A model generated the notes under the pieces. It searched no databases and had not been told where the DNA came from. It saw only the letters and a program-made list of their open reading frames with translations. A stretch of DNA of 63,882 nt, filler included, from Octopus bimaculoides (taxonomy: Eukaryota), in NCBI RefSeq assembly GCF_001194135.2. It is 6 parts of 6 records of this genome, joined end to end, with 100 filler letters (N's around TTAATTAATTAA, not from the genome) between each part and the next. Parts side by side here need not be neighbours in the genome. Positions count along the whole stretch, not along the records: positions 1 to 31,741 come from NC_068986.1; 5 more parts are not named here. One strand, given 5' to 3'. Shown one piece after another: positions 11,392-24,969 of this stretch. The number at the start of each line of letters is the position of its first letter. Position 1 is the stretch's first letter. A program made the translations under genes and the position numbers.

Positions 11392-12780
11392 AGTGTCAAA
11401 GTCTTTTTGTCATACATTTATGACCTCATCACTCAAATAAAGGTGGTGATACGGTCAAGTGGATAAGGTATGGTATTATCTGCTCATAGGTTGCGGGTTG
11501 AGTTCAAATACGCTGCATGAATTTCATAGTGTATTCTGGGTGGAATATTGTTACAGTTGGTTTATCTGTTGAAAATATGTGAAGGATCATCTGGGAATGT
11601 TACCTTTGATAAGGCATCACAAAGAAATGTGATTCAACCTTACCAACAGAGGACAACAGGGTAGAGCTGATATGTATGTCCTTCACTTGAAATGCTAACT
11701 TTAATTTCATAGAAGAAATATCTGTGCTGGAGCTGTATCCTATCCATGAAGAAATTTCTCTCTCATCATATGTAACACTACAGATAACTGCTAACAAAGC
11801 AGTGATGTAACAGAGGCGTAGCAGAATGGAAATGGTGTATATTTTATTGCCTTGAAGTGTTAACCTTTAAATCCCACCCTTTAGCTCTTAGAGGGCATTT
11901 TATATTATATTTTATCAAGATCCTTCACATATTTTCTTTTCTCTTCAAGACACCCCCACCACCTTAACTATAGCTCTTCCTTCCTACCACTTAATTTTCT
12001 TACTCCCCAGAACCAGTTCACTTGTTATCCATCCATCATCCATTCATACTGTTCCCTCCCTGCAACACTTTCATTGATCACCCCCACCTCCTTCCACCAT
12101 GTCACTAACTTCTATCTCCTCTTCCATCCACCACCACGCGTCTCTTGTCCCACCTCATGCACTATGCCTGCCTCTCTCTTTCCCATCTACTCCTTCAACT
12201 TACCCAACATGTCAGCTCTCTCTCTCTCTCTCTCTCTCTCGGCCTTCTCCTTTTCTGCATTGTCAGTCAACTCCTACTCCCTCCTCACTCCCACCACACT
12301 CTTGATCTCTGGGTCCCTGCTCACTTCTCATCACCACTATTTTCATTGTATTCCAGCTCCACCGCAATCCCCCTCATCTTCTCTTCTAAAATACTTACTT
12401 TACAGCAACAAGCCTGTCGTTCTAGCTCCTTATCTCTTACTTTTACTCCCCATATTCGAGGATAAAACTGGCCCCTTTGGGGTTCATAGTCTTGCAAGCT
12501 GTATCATGACCTCAACAGTAGTAAAGGTGCCATGAAAAAAAGCACACCCAGTACAAGCATGAATTTGCTGTCATTAGGAAGGGCATAGAAACCATGCCAA
12601 AGCAGACAGTGCATCATAATGCAGTGCTTGGGCCCATTGTACCTTGGTCAAACCATCCAACCCATACCAGCAAGGAATATGGATGTTGAATGATGATGAT
12701 GATGATGATGATATAGTTTAGCAGATACAGGAATATTAATTGCTCTTTCTTGAACTATAAAAACTACCAAATTATCTTTA

Positions 12781-15681
12781 TCTATACTATAAAAGGCAAA
12801 TCTACTCTGTGTGTGTGTGTATGTTTAAAATTCATACATTTACGCAATTCAAAATTTCTTCGATTAAACAATCGCAATTAATATTCTAAATACAATAAGT
12901 TAGGTCATTGCGTCATTTTTTCACTCCAAAAATTTCCTAATAATGAATAAAATCCGTAAAACTACAGGAGTAAACATTTTCTCCCTAATAAAATCTAATT
13001 TCCTCTTTCTAATACAAATCCTTTCAACTCCTACTTCTTCTTATGTCCTACTTTCTCTTATGAAAGTTTACGAAAATACAACAACAAATACAAAAAGAAA
13101 GGAAGGAGAAAAAGAAAACTATCAAAACTGAAACAATCACATTTCGATACTGTAATGACAGATACATACAAAATTACTTTGCCCCTCTAAAATTAACTAT
13201 TTCTATTCCTCTTACACATCGTTTCAATTGCTACTTTCGCTTACGAACGTTTACCAACGAGCCAAGAAAAAAGACAAAGAAACGAACGGGAGTGAGAGTC
13301 AAATAAACAGACACACTGCCAATCATACGTAAATACACACATATATATGTACCTATGGTTACCAATGACCTCATTCTAATTGGCGTGACACATTTGCCAA
13401 AACGCTTTTATACCCTCAGGTTCCGTCCTACTATGTGTGGTCAAAGAACACTTGGGTGCGTAGGAAGTCAGGTCAGGATGTTCAAGGACATCCCGGTGTC
13501 AAGTTTAACAGTTGTCTAGGAAGAGTGTACACTGTGCCTCCCAATCAGCATGAGTGTTTTCACCTTCGCCTTCTCCTTCATGACGTTGTCGGCCCACANN
13601 NNNNNNNNNNNNNNNNNNNNNNNNNNNNNNNNNNNNNNNNNNNNNNNNNNNNNNNNNNNNNNNNNNNNNNNNNNNNNNNNNNNNNNNNNNNNNNNNNNNN
13701 NNNNNNNNNNNNNNNNNNNNNNNNNNNNNNNNNNNNNNNNNNNNNNNNNNNNNNNNNNNNNNNNNNNNNNNNNNNNNNNNNNNNNNNNNNNNNNNNNNNN
13801 NNNNNNNNNNNNNNNNNNNNNNNNNNNNNNNNNNNNNNNNNNNNNNNNNNNNNNNNNNNNNNNNNNNNNNNNNNNNNNNNNNNNNNNNNNNNNNNNNNNN
13901 NNNNNNNNNNNNNNNNNNNNNNNNNNNNNNNNNNNNNNNNNNNNNNNNNNNNNNNNNNNNNNNNNNNNNNNNNNNNNNNNNNNNNNNNNNNNNNNNNNNN
14001 NNNNNNNNNNNNNNNNNNNNNNNNNNNNNNNNNNNNNNNNNNNNNNNNNNNNNNNNNNNNNNNNNNNNNNNNNNNNNNNNNNNNNNNNNNNNNNNNNNNN
14101 NNNNNNNNNNNNNNNNNNNNNNNNNNNNNNNNNNNNNNNNNNNNNNNNNNNNNNNNNNNNNNNNNNNNNNNNNNNNNNNNNNNNNNNNNNNNNNNNNNNN
14201 NNNNNNNNNNNNNNNNNNNNNNNNNNNNNNNNNNNNNNNNNNNNNNNNNNNNNNNNNNNNNNNNNNNNNNNNNNNNNNNNNNNNNNNNNNNNNNNNNNNN
14301 NNNNNNNNNNNNNNNNNNNNNNNNNNNNNNNNNNCATCAGTAACAGCTCAGAGAAGGCAGAAGTGTTCAGACGATGCAAGCTTATTGTTTGGGATGAATG
14401 TACAATGGCCCACAGAGGTGCTCTTGAGGCGCTAGATAGATCTCTGAGAGACATCAAAGACTCTACAGTTCCCATGGGAGGCATAACACTTCTTCTTTCA
14501 GGGGACTTCAGGCAAACACTGCCAGTTATTCCCAAGGGGAATACAGCTGATACAGTACGTGCGTGTCTTAAGTCATCTGCATTGTGGCCCCTGGTGAAGA
14601 CTCTCAAACTTCACACTAACATGCGGGCTCATATGCCACGTGACGTAGCATCAGCAGAATTTTCTCACACCCTCCTTGCACTTGGCGAAGTCAAAACTCC
14701 CTGCGATGAAAAGGGCAATATTGCCATTGATTCACTTTGTACCATTGTTGATACGCCTTCTGATCTCACCGATGCAGTTTTCCCAGATCTCCAAGCAAAT
14801 TATCATAATATGGATTGGATTGGCCAGAGGGCTATTCTAGCCCCGAAGAATACAACTGTTAACCATATTAATGATCAAATGCTAAAAATCATTCCTGGAG
14901 ATGACTATATATATAAGTCTATTGATACAACTCCTGACCCTGAGGACGTCATCAACTATCCAATAGAAGTACTAAATTCCCTTGAGCCCCCTGGACTACC
15001 TCCACACATTCTCAAACTTAAAGTTGGTGCCCCTATAATGCTCATTCGAAATTTGGTTCCGCCTNNNNNNNNNNNNNNNNNNNNNNNNNNNNNNNNNNNN
15101 NNNNNNNNNNNNNNNNNNNNNNNNNNNNNNNNNNNNNNNNNNNNNNNNNNNNNNNNNNNNNNNNNNNNNNNNNNNNNNNNNNNNNNNNNNNNNNNNNNNN
15201 NNNNNNNNNNNNNNNNNNNNNNNNNNNNNNNNNNNNNNNNNNNNNNNNNNNNNNNNNNNNNNNNNNNNNNNNNNNNNNNNNNNNNNNNNNNNNNNNNNNN
15301 NNNNNNNNNNNNNNNNNNNNNNNNNNNNNNNNNNNNNNNNNNNNNNNNNNNNNNNNNNNNNNNNNNNNNNNNNNNNNNNNNNNNNNNNNNNNNNNNNNNN
15401 NNNNNNNNNNNNNNNNNNNNNNNNNNNNNNNNNNNNNNNNNNNNNNNNNNNNNNNNNNNNNNNNNNNNNNNNNNNNNNNNNNNNNNNNNNNNNNNNNNNN
15501 NNNNNNNCATTTAGGGGAGCCGTGTTTCTCTCATGGTCAGCTTTATGTTGGCTGCTCGCATGTGGGCAGCAAGAGTGATTCTTTTGCGTTCCTTCCACAA
15601 GGAAAAACAAAAAACTTAGTACAATCATCAACAGTACTTTAAAACAATTAAGCCCCGAGCAACGCCGGGCACTTCTGCTAG
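12781..15681 (+). mobile_element. Internally deleted Helitron with both termini
   Basis: 5' end A|TCTATACTATAAAAGG at 12780/12781. 3' hairpin CCCGAGCAACGCCGGG (15654-15669) is followed by CTAG|T (15678-15682). RepHel motifs: FAKTLLYPQVPSYYVW..GHPGVK..LGRVYTV..ECFHLRLLLH, then PIF1 motifs and CFSHGQLYVGCS. Two N gaps interrupt it. Confidence 0.92.
14337..15064 (+). CDS. Helitron PIF1-family helicase segment (open between two gaps)
   Basis: Stop-free frame with LIVWDECTMAHR (Walker B), GITLLLSGDFRQTLPVIPKG, LHTNMR, RAILAPKN and GLPPHILKLKVGAPIMLIRNL. Confidence 0.9.
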
Positions 15682-16431
15682 TTTTCTATAAAACTGCTGG
15701 GCCACTTCTGTATTAGCAGAGGGGGGTTGGAAGATGCTGGTCCAGCCCTGTTTCATGTTTCAGCAATATCGTACAACCAAGGCCAATGTCAGCCTTTTAT
15801 CTGCTCCAATGACCTTGAAGATTCTACAAGGTCTCCGACAGTCAGGTGACGGCAGTAGGAAGAAGAACAATTATTATGCTTCATGTGGGTTTAGGGGGAG
15901 GTGGTATACAGTCAACAAGCTAGGAGGAATAACGGAAGGAACTGAAGACGCAACTCAATGATTGTTATAGGCAATAGTTTTCAAGTAATAGACATACTGC
16001 CAATTCTAGAAATAAAACACACACACACACACATCCATACATACATGCATGTACACACATGTACATGCACGAGGCTAGAAGTATGTTTAACAAACTCAAT
16101 TGCTGCTTACATTGCAGTCATCTTGTTTTCCCAGGTAGAGTTACGTTACAAATTCATCAAATGTTTTTGTTTCGTTTATCTTAATCATTATACTTTATCC
16201 TAACTCTGCATTTCAAGACAGATAAAGAACTGGGTTTTTTTTTGTTTTTTTTTCTTCGTTGAACACAACAAAAGCTGGCGTCTTCAATACAGAGTTGTGT
16301 GAGCATGAAGAGAAATGGAGTGATGGGCCTCTCTTATAAATAGACATTTTTAACAGAGGAAATAGTGAGTCACAGTGCAAAAAAAAAACCAAAAGCAAAA
16401 ACCTAACGATAATAAATAGTAAATATTTTGG

Positions 16432-16473
<42 letters not shown>

Positions 16474-17004
16474 AAGTTTTCATTGGTCCATCTGTGAGAA
16501 TGTTCTATATAGAGTTTAAGGAGATGGTTGTAATATGCCTGAAAATGGAACACTCCTCTGGAAGTCTTCAAGCAAACTGACATCATCATCATCATCATCA
16601 TCATTATCATTATCATCATCATCATCATCATCATCATCATNNNNNNNNNNNNNNNNNNNNNNNNNNNNNNNNNNNNNNNNNNNNNNNNNNNNNNNNNNNN
16701 NNNNNNNNNNNNNNNNNNNNNNNNNNNNNNNNNNNNNNNNNNNNNNNNNNNNNNNNNNNNNNNNNNNNNNNNNNNNNNNNNNNNNNNNNNNNNNNNNNNN
16801 NNNNNNNNNNNNNNNNNNNNNNNNNNNTTACCTTTTACTTGTTTCAGTCACATGGTTGTGGCCATGCCGGAGCATTGTCTTGAAGGGTTTCGTCAAAGAA
16901 ATTGACTCTGGTACTTATTCTATTGGTATCCTTTGCTGAAGCTGTTACATTACAAGGACATAAACAAACAAACACCAATTGTCAAGACACACACAGGTGC
17001 AAGC

Positions 17005-17420
17005 ATAGGTGTGTGGTAAGAAGCTTGCTTCCCAACCACATGGTTCTGGGTTCAGTCCCACTGTGTGGCACCTTGGGCCAAGTGTCTTCTACTATAACCT
17101 CAGGCTGACGACCAAAGCTTTGTGAGTGGACTTGGTAGATGGAAACTGAAAGAAGCTTGTCGTATATATATATATATATATATATACATACACACACACA
17201 CATATATGTATATGTTTGTGTGTTTGTGTTTGTCTCCCCACCATTGCTTGACAACCGATGTTGGTGTTTATGTCCCTGTAACTTAGCAGTTCAGCAAAAG
17301 GGACTGATAGAATAAGTACTAAGCTTATAAAGAATAAGTCCTGGGGTCAATTTCTTCGACTAAAGGTGGTACTCCAATATGGCCGCAGTCAAATTATTGA
17401 AACAAGTAAAAGAATAAAAG
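17005..17420 (+). mobile_element. SINE family A, near full length
   Basis: tRNA-like head, ccttgggccaagtg box, central (TA)n/(CA)n tract and gtaaaagaataaaagaat tail. Confidence 0.85.
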
Positions 17421-17602
17421 AATACACATATAATGGGGTTCCACACAGTTTCCATTTCCTAAATTCACTCACAGGGCATTGGTAGGCCCAGAGCTATAGA
17501 AAAAGACACTTGCCGAAGGCACTGCACAGTGGGACTGAACCCAAAGCCACATGGTCAGAAAGGGAGCTTCTTAAGCACACAACCATGTCTGTACCTATAA
17601 AC

Positions 17603-17925
17603 CAGTACTCTGCCGGTTACAAGACAAGAGTTCCAGTTGATCCAATCGATGGAACAGCCAGCTCCTGAAATTAACATGCAAGTGGCTGAGCACTCCACAG
17701 ACACACAAACCCTTAATGTAGTTCTCTGAGAGATTCAGCATGACACAGAGTGTGACAAGGCTGGCCCTTTGAATTATAGATACAACTTATTTTTGCCAGC
17801 TGAGTGGCCTGCAGCAATGTGAAATAAAGTGTCTTGCTCAAAGGCACAATGCACCACTGGGAATTGAACTCACAAACTTACAATCGTGAGCCAAATACTG
17901 TAACCACTTAGCCATGTGCCTTCAT
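17603..17925 (-). mobile_element. tRNA-derived SINE, family C
   Basis: Minus-strand head tggctaagtggttacag..gtgagttcaattccc is followed by gtgcctttgagcaagacacttt. Related pieces lie at about 48370-48545 and 50268-50330. Confidence 0.75.
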
Positions 17926-18149
17926 GTACCTATACACACACATACGATTGCTTCACTTATTTTAATGTCTACTTTTCTATGTTTGCATGGACCAATGAGA
18001 GTAAGTTGAGTCAGTGTTTTCTACAGCCAGATGTCCTTCCTGACAGCAATTCCATTTGTTTCCAAGCAAGGTAATAATCTCCCAGTCTACTGGACAACAA
18101 AAATCATGGATGTGGTTGTGTGGAGAACTGGAAATATATGACACATTCG

Positions 18150-18430
18150 AGCGAGGTCGTTGCCAGTGCCGATGGACTGGCTCCTGTGCAGGTGGTACGT
18201 AAAAAACACCATTTTGAGATTGGCCGTTGCCAGTACCGCCTGACTGATCCTCGTGCCGGTGGCACGTAAAAGCACCCACTACACTCTCAGTGGTTGGTGT
18301 TAGGAAGGGCATCCAGCTGTAGAAACTCTGCCAGATCATATTGGAGCCTGGTGCAGCCATCTGGTTCACCAGTCCTCAGTCAAATCGTCCAACCCACTCT
18401 AGCATGCAAAGCGAACGTTAAATGATGATG
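18150..18430 (+). mobile_element. RTE-type LINE 3' UTR copy with two internal units
   Basis: Homologous to 1-285; (GAT)n tail. Confidence 0.75.
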
Positions 18431-18675
18431 CTTTGAACAGGCCTTTTACTTACAAAGATCTTGCAACATGTGAAAAAAGCCCCCAGTGTAATTTCACAAA
18501 AGGCTGTTAGCAAATGTCACTGTTTCCATCAACAGTGAAGTTATGGTTTACAATCAGTGAACATATGTGAAGATGAGGGGAAACATGAACTCAAACACAT
18601 ACATACATATATATAACAGCCAATATAATTGTTTGTTGGTTGGTTAATTTCTCTAGTCACACTTTACAGCATATA

Positions 18676-18848
18676 CAGTAACCTTTTAACTGTCGTGGGT
18701 ATTATGTTCCAAACTGTCTACAGAAATAGTTAAAATCTAAAAAGATATAAACACCTATTGGCCACAGAAACCTGGATATACTGAGGAGTCTGCAATATAA
18801 TTTTACATATATTAGTCAGAAAAGTCCGCGATAGATAAGGGATTACTG
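18676..18848. mobile_element. Tigger/pogo-like MITE
   Basis: TA|CAGTAACCTT ... AAGGGATTACTG|TA: imperfect TIRs with TA on both sides. Confidence 0.65.
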
Positions 18849-20570
18849 TATATATAGAGAGGGGGCAGGGATTAAAGAGAGATTCAGAAAGAGTTAACAC
18901 AAGAGATGCAGGATGGGTGCACATGCTAAGCTTGGTGGCATGCAATGAGTAAAGGGACTACACATGGCCATACACAGAGTGAGAGACAAAGATCCATAGA
19001 GACAGAGGACAAGAAAAAGAAGGAATAAACAGCCAAGTTGTTATGGGAAGAGTTAAATTTTCACAGAGGTAGATTTTTGATGGACTAGATTGCAATTATG
19101 CTGATAAAATTTAGAAAAATAATAGCATCATCATTATCATTTTAACATCTGCTTTCCATGCTGGCATGGGTTAGATGGTTTGACAAGAGCTAGCGAGGCT
19201 GTGAACTGCACCAGGTTCCACTGTCTGTTTTGGCGCTGTTTTTATGGCGCTATTTTTATGGTGGGATACCCTTCCTAATGCGAACGACTTTACAGAGTGT
19301 ACTGGGTGCTTTTTATGTGACACTAGAACCAGCGTTTTTTATGTGGTGCTAGAACTGGTGCTTTTTACAAGAGAGTGGGTGAGAGAGAGAGAGTAATAGT
19401 GAGAGAGATGGTAGTGGAGATGTGTCGGGGTATACCCTTGATGGACATTGGGGGAGGGGGTTGTAACAATAAGTGAGAATAATATATCTATTGCAGATAT
19501 ACAATTGAGAAATTTGTTTTGTTTGATTTGATTTTAAGGTAATAAATATTTTTCTTTTGATTATTAATATTAATTTCATCATCTTGTAATAAGCAGCAGG
19601 AAATATGAGAAAAGTTAAATAATAATTATTATATAGGTACAGGTATGGCTGTGTGGTAAGATGTTGGTTTCCCCAACTACAGTTTTGGGTTTAGTTCCAT
19701 TTTGTGACACCTTGGGCAAGTTTCTTCTACTCTATCTCCAAGCTGGCCAAAGCCTGGTAAGTTGATTTGGCAGATGGAAACTGAAACCTGTTGTGTGTGT
19801 GTGTATGTGTGTTACTGTGTCTTGGCTTCAACTTTGCATGATTGTTGTAAATGAGTGCCAATGTCATTCAGGCAGTGTCCTTTGCTTCGAATCTTCCATG
19901 AAAATATACCCAGCGATGGGAAAATGTTATTTTGTTTGGAACCAGATGGAGGTTGGTGACAACAAAGGTGTCCGGCCATAGGAAAAAAATATGCCTCAAC
20001 TAATTCCATCCAATCTATGTGAGCATGGAAAACTGGATGTTAAAATGATGATGATGATGGCATACATATGTGAGTGGTATTTTTATAACAATTTATATAG
20101 AACAGTCATTAAAAAAAATCATGAGATTTGTCTAAAATGATTGTTAGGATTTCCCATACAGATGGACATAGTGCAAATACGAAGAAAGCATTACTAACAG
20201 AAGCTTTGCAGTCCTGCTGCAAATCAATGTAAAGTTGCTAAGAGCTGGACTAGTGATCTTGAAAATATCCTGTTTCAATGGGGTGAGGGGAGAAGGGCAA
20301 GAGAAAGAGAGAAGGAGAGAGAAAAGGGAGGAAGAGAGAGAAAAGGGGGAAAGAAAGAGAAAGGGAGAAAGAGAGAGAAAAGGGAGGAAGAGAGAGAAAA
20401 GGGGGAAAGAAAGAGAAAGGGAGAAAGAGAGAGAAGGAGAGAGAGATGAAATCTTATACTATTTTGAAAGTCAAAACCAACTGTTAATTAACAATTAGGT
20501 AATGAATGCGGAAGAGACAGCAGCAAGCTCCTGGCAACCAGAGGTGACGTAGTTCCAATTGTTGGTTAAA

Positions 20571-20982
20571 CCTTTTGATACCAACCAGCCTAGGGTCATT
20601 CTTCTTGGTTCTACGATACAACCTTGCTGTTTTAAATTGGTCTAAATTAAAACTTTCCATCAAAATTTATCATTTTCTAAATATCAGCTTAACAATGACA
20701 GCTATTTTACAAAATGTTTCACTATTTTCAAAATTAATTGAAACAAGACAGGGTGCTTCTTCCAGAAATATAGTAACAAAAGAGTTTGTTTGGGACCATC
20801 CTTGGTTTATGATAGAAAGTTCCTGTTTTAAAGGGACCTAAATTGAAACCTTAAAGTTTCATGCTAATTTTTGCTCCAAACCCCAGCTTAATAACGATAA
20901 AATTATTTTTACTAAATTTTTCATTATATACAAAATCAATTAAACAAAATGTATTGCACTGCAACAGAAATAAGATAAAGGA
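20571..20982. mobile_element. Degenerate TTAA-flanked piggyBac-like MITE (longer relative of 26511-26728)
   Basis: Starts ttaaaccttttgataccaacc and ends ataaaggattaa. Shares internal blocks with the 26.5 kb copy. Confidence 0.55.
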
Positions 20983-21264
20983 TTAACGGATCAAGTGTGA
21001 GATAAGTACTCTCTATTGCATTTTTTATCAACTGATAAAAATCCTCAGCCAAAAGTGCACAGCAAAAGCTGTAACCTTCTCCATCCATGTTTCCCAGTCA
21101 TCAACCAATCACATGTTGTCCACTAACTTTCTCCCTATCCTTCTTTAACATTGTCCAACCACCCCGTTGCTTACCTTTCTATACCTCATTGACTAAGGAA
21201 GGGGTATCTTGTTCATGACATCCAACAACCTCATTAGTAACTTTCCTTTATACCTCATTATTAA

Positions 21265-21841
21265 TCCTTAAGCATTTAAACTAGACATATCTGGTGCCCA
21301 AATATTCTCCTGTTTTATGTTCAAACTGACCAGATCTGGCCTCTCACACCTACCTTACAAGGTTATTGTAAAGATAAACAATCCTATCATCATAAACTTG
21401 GAGCTTTGAGATAATGCAGGATTAATTAAAACAATGTGAACAAGAGCACTGAGAGAGCACAAACCTCTGCCAAGGCAACACCAACGATGAGCCAGAGATG
21501 ATTTTTAAAATGAGAATATCTGAAATAAACTCGACTGCTCTCACAAATGAAAATACTAAAAATGAACCCGACTGCTCTCAAAAATTAAGTACAAAAACAG
21601 AAAAAATAATCCAGAATCCTTGTCTGGTACCAGATTGATCCCCAAATCTAATCAGTTTGTGCAAGTCATGACGCCAAACATCCCTGAAAGTTTCTTCCAA
21701 ATCCATTCAGCAGGTCTTTTTATATCTTGTCCAAGGACAAACAAACAAGCAAACATGACTGAAAACAATATTTCAGCCTTCGCTAAGGCGAAGGTAATAA
21801 ATAAGCCTTACATTTGACAAAGTAATTTGAATGCTAAAGGG
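21265..21841. mobile_element. piggyBac-like MITE split by a nested insertion
   Basis: ttaa-tccttaagcatttaaac ... gaatgctaaaggg-ttac ends. The internal sequence resumes (tgtgaa | taaataagc) after the insert at 21441-21797. Confidence 0.65.
21441..21797. mobile_element. About 360-bp non-autonomous element (Helentron/HINE-like), copy 1
   Basis: Collinear and highly similar to 25202-25569. Subterminal acctctgccaaggc and terminal hairpin gccttcgctaaggc are present; no target-site duplication is evident. Confidence 0.6.
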
Positions 21842-22629
21842 TTACCTTGTCCATGTATAATCATGTTTACTAGACATATGAAATGTCATGATACATGATC
21901 AACATCACACCGTTTTCTTATCTGTTGACAATTGACTTAAATCTTATGGTTCACCATTTATGCAAACTAACACTTTCTTAGTTTGATGTTTTGCATAAAG
22001 AATAACAAGGCCTCATGATACAACTTTTCATTTTGAAAGCTGCGATTCTTTTCTCTAACTTACAGTATTTAATGTCAATGATTCATGCTCATAGTTTATT
22101 TTACAACACTGCTTTGCGCACCATCCATACATTTTGTTCTGGCTGGTGGTCGATGTACTCTGGTTCTAAATAATACTGGCTTTAAAATTTTGACACAAGG
22201 CCAGCAATTTCTGGAAAGAGGATAAGTCAATTACATCGATCCCCAAAAGGATGAAAAGCAAAGTCAGCTTCAGCAAGGTTTGAACTTAGAATGTAGAAAA
22301 GCTGTAAAGCATTTTTCCCAGCACTATAATGATTCGGCCAGCTCACCTCCTTCAATCAGTAAATAACAAGTTTGGGGGAGGGAGTAAGTTGATTACATCA
22401 GCCCCAGTATGCAACTGGTACTTACTTTATCAACCCCAAAAGGATGAAAGGCAAAGTCCACCTTGGCAGAATTTGAACTCAGAATATAAGGACAAACAAA
22501 ATGCCACTATGCATTTTGCCCAGGGCTGTGAGGATTCTGCCAGCTCACTGCCTTCAATTAGTAAATATTAACTGATTTCTTATAAAGACGTTCAACCTTC
22601 CAGCCTATTTAGAGTTGCCTGCCCAGTAT

Positions 22630-22672
22630 CTGGTACTGAAGAGAGCAAAGTAACTTGAAATGCATATATAAG
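22630..22672 (+). ncRNA. Minimal type I hammerhead ribozyme candidate
   Basis: CTGAAGA at 22636-22642, stem II gag/ctt, GAAA at 22657-22660, palindromic stem III ATGCAT, AUA triplet, stem I ctggta/tataag (5 of 6 pairs including one G-U). Confidence 0.45.
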
Positions 22673-22674
22673 CA

Positions 22675-22972
22675 CCATTCAAACATGGTCGTTGCCAGTG
22701 CCGCCTGACTGGCTCCTGTGCCAGTGGCACGTAAAAAGCACTATCCGAACGTGATCGATGCCAGGCCCACCTGACTGGCTCCTGTGCCAGTGGCACGTAA
22801 AAAGCACCCACTACACTCTCGGAGTGGTTGGCCTTAAGAAGGGCATCCAGCTGTAGAAACTCTGCCAGATTGGATTGGAGCCTGGTGCAGCCTTCTGTCT
22901 CACCAGTCCTCAGTCAAACCATCCAACTCATGCCAGCATGGAAAGCAGACGTTAAACGACAATGATGATGAT
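22675..22972 (+). mobile_element. RTE 3' UTR copy with two tandem internal units
   Basis: ctgactggctcctgtgccagtggcacgtaaaaagca occurs twice; (GAT)n tail. Confidence 0.75.
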
Positions 22973-23062
22973 ATATACATATGCATGTATGTACGTATAT
23001 ATACACACACACATTCATGAATTGAGTTTTATTTAGCTTGTTTGTTCTACCAATCTTATATA

Positions 23063-23093
<31 letters not shown>

Positions 23094-23452
23094 NNNNNNN
23101 NNNNNNNNNNNNNNNNNNNNNNNNNNNNNNNNNNNNNNNNNNNNNNNNNNNNNNNNNNNNNNNNNNNNNNNNNNNNNNNNNNNNNNNNNNNNNNNNNNNN
23201 NNNNNNNNNNNNNNNNNNNNNNNNNNNNNNNNNNNNNNNNNNNNNNNNNNNNNNNNNNNNNNNNNNNNNNNNNNNNNNNNNNNNNNNNNNNNNNNNNNNN
23301 NNNNNNNNNNNNNNNNNNNNNNNNNNNNNNNNNNNNNNNNNNNNNNNNNNNNNNNNNNNNNNNNNNNNNNNNNNNNNNNNNNNNNNNNNNNNNNNNNNNN
23401 NNNNNNNNNNNNNNNNNNNNNNNNNNNNNNNNNNNNNNNNNNNNNNNNNNNN

Positions 23453-23502
<50 letters not shown>

Positions 23503-23504
23503 CT

Positions 23505-24192
23505 TTGCTGAATGTGCAGTGTCAGTGTGCATTTATGTCAGAATGTAAGCGTCTTGAGAGAAAAGCTGGGCATAAGAAGCATCAGATGTGGTGTGCAAGA
23601 GGGATGAATGCACTGGTATGGTTATGTAATGCATATGTATGAGGACAGCTGTGTAAAGAAGTACCAATTTCTAACTGTGGAAGGAACCTGAGGATGAGGT
23701 AGACCCAGGAAGACATGAGACGAGGTGGTGAAGCATGATTTTTGAATTTTGAGCCTCATGGAGGCAATGACCAGTGAGCAAGACCTTTGGTGATAGGCTG
23801 TCAAGCCAAGTGAAATCATAGTTGTGGCTGATGCTGGTGTCGTGCCAGTGGCATATAAAAAGCTCCTTTTGAGCACTGGACTTCCTGGAGGCAATGTGGC
23901 TGATGCCAGTGTTGCATAACTGGCACATAAAAAAACACCTTTTGAGCACTGGGCCACATGGAGGCAATGACAAATGACCAAGACCTTTGGCAATATGCTG
24001 TGCTTGAGTAGAAGACCCATCCAGCCAAGTGAGATCGTAGTCATGGCAGATACTGGTGTCGTGCCGATGGCACATAAAAGCACTCATTACACTATTGAAG
24101 TGGTTGGTATTAGGAAGGTGCAGCCTTCCAGCTTTGGTCAAACTGTCCAACCCATGCCAGCATGGACAACAGACATTAAATGATGATGATGA
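23505..24192 (+). mobile_element. Degraded RTE LINE C-terminus plus 3' UTR
   Basis: VSVLREKLGIRSIRCGVQEG..HWYGYVMHMYEDSCVKK..GRPRKT*DEVVKHD, the same family as 4078-5580, followed by the UTR and a (GAT)n tail. Confidence 0.85.
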
Positions 24193-24969
24193 CATATATA
24201 TGTGTACATGTGTGCAAGTCCAAATCACTCCATTAATTAAATAAGATGAAATATGGCCGAGACAATAGAATACTCAAGTTGATGAATTGCAGTGTTTAAT
24301 TTAGCAGTTGTTTGGCCATAGGTCATCTAGGGACTGACCAGTCGACCACCATGAAAAAATGCTCCAGCTGCAACTAGTCTACTTTTTTCATTCTGCTAAA
24401 GTGTATCTAGGACACTATTACTCAAGATGACTTTGCCATATTTCAAGATAGTAGACAATGATTTGTCTGATCACTGGCTGCTATGTCTGGTAAATTGCAT
24501 GTCCACATTTGAGGTCTCGTCTTGCTAGGCTCAGTGTTTAATTAACCCAGAATCAAATCTATTATTCTTCCTGTGTCTGAATGTACATGTGGTGGGGGTG
24601 GAGGGTGGGCTAATGAAACATGTATCAGTAAGATACTGAAAGTGATGTGGGGGCGGAAGGGGGATACAGTAGTCATATGTCGTATGTCATAAATGAGTCA
24701 TTTGTCAGAAATCAATATACAGAAATCAAGAAATTAACTTTTATCAATTAATGGGCACAATAGATTAATATCTATTATTATTATTTTGAAACTTACTCAT
24801 AACATATCACACCTACCTGTAAAGGTGAGTGACTGATTAGATTTCACAATCACCTTTCTCAAAATGTCAAAACAGAAAAGAAAAAAGAAAACAATCAAGA
24901 TTGCATAAATTCTTATATTTTTTTCCTAAAATAACAGCTTAGTATCTTTTGGAATCAAATAAAAATATT

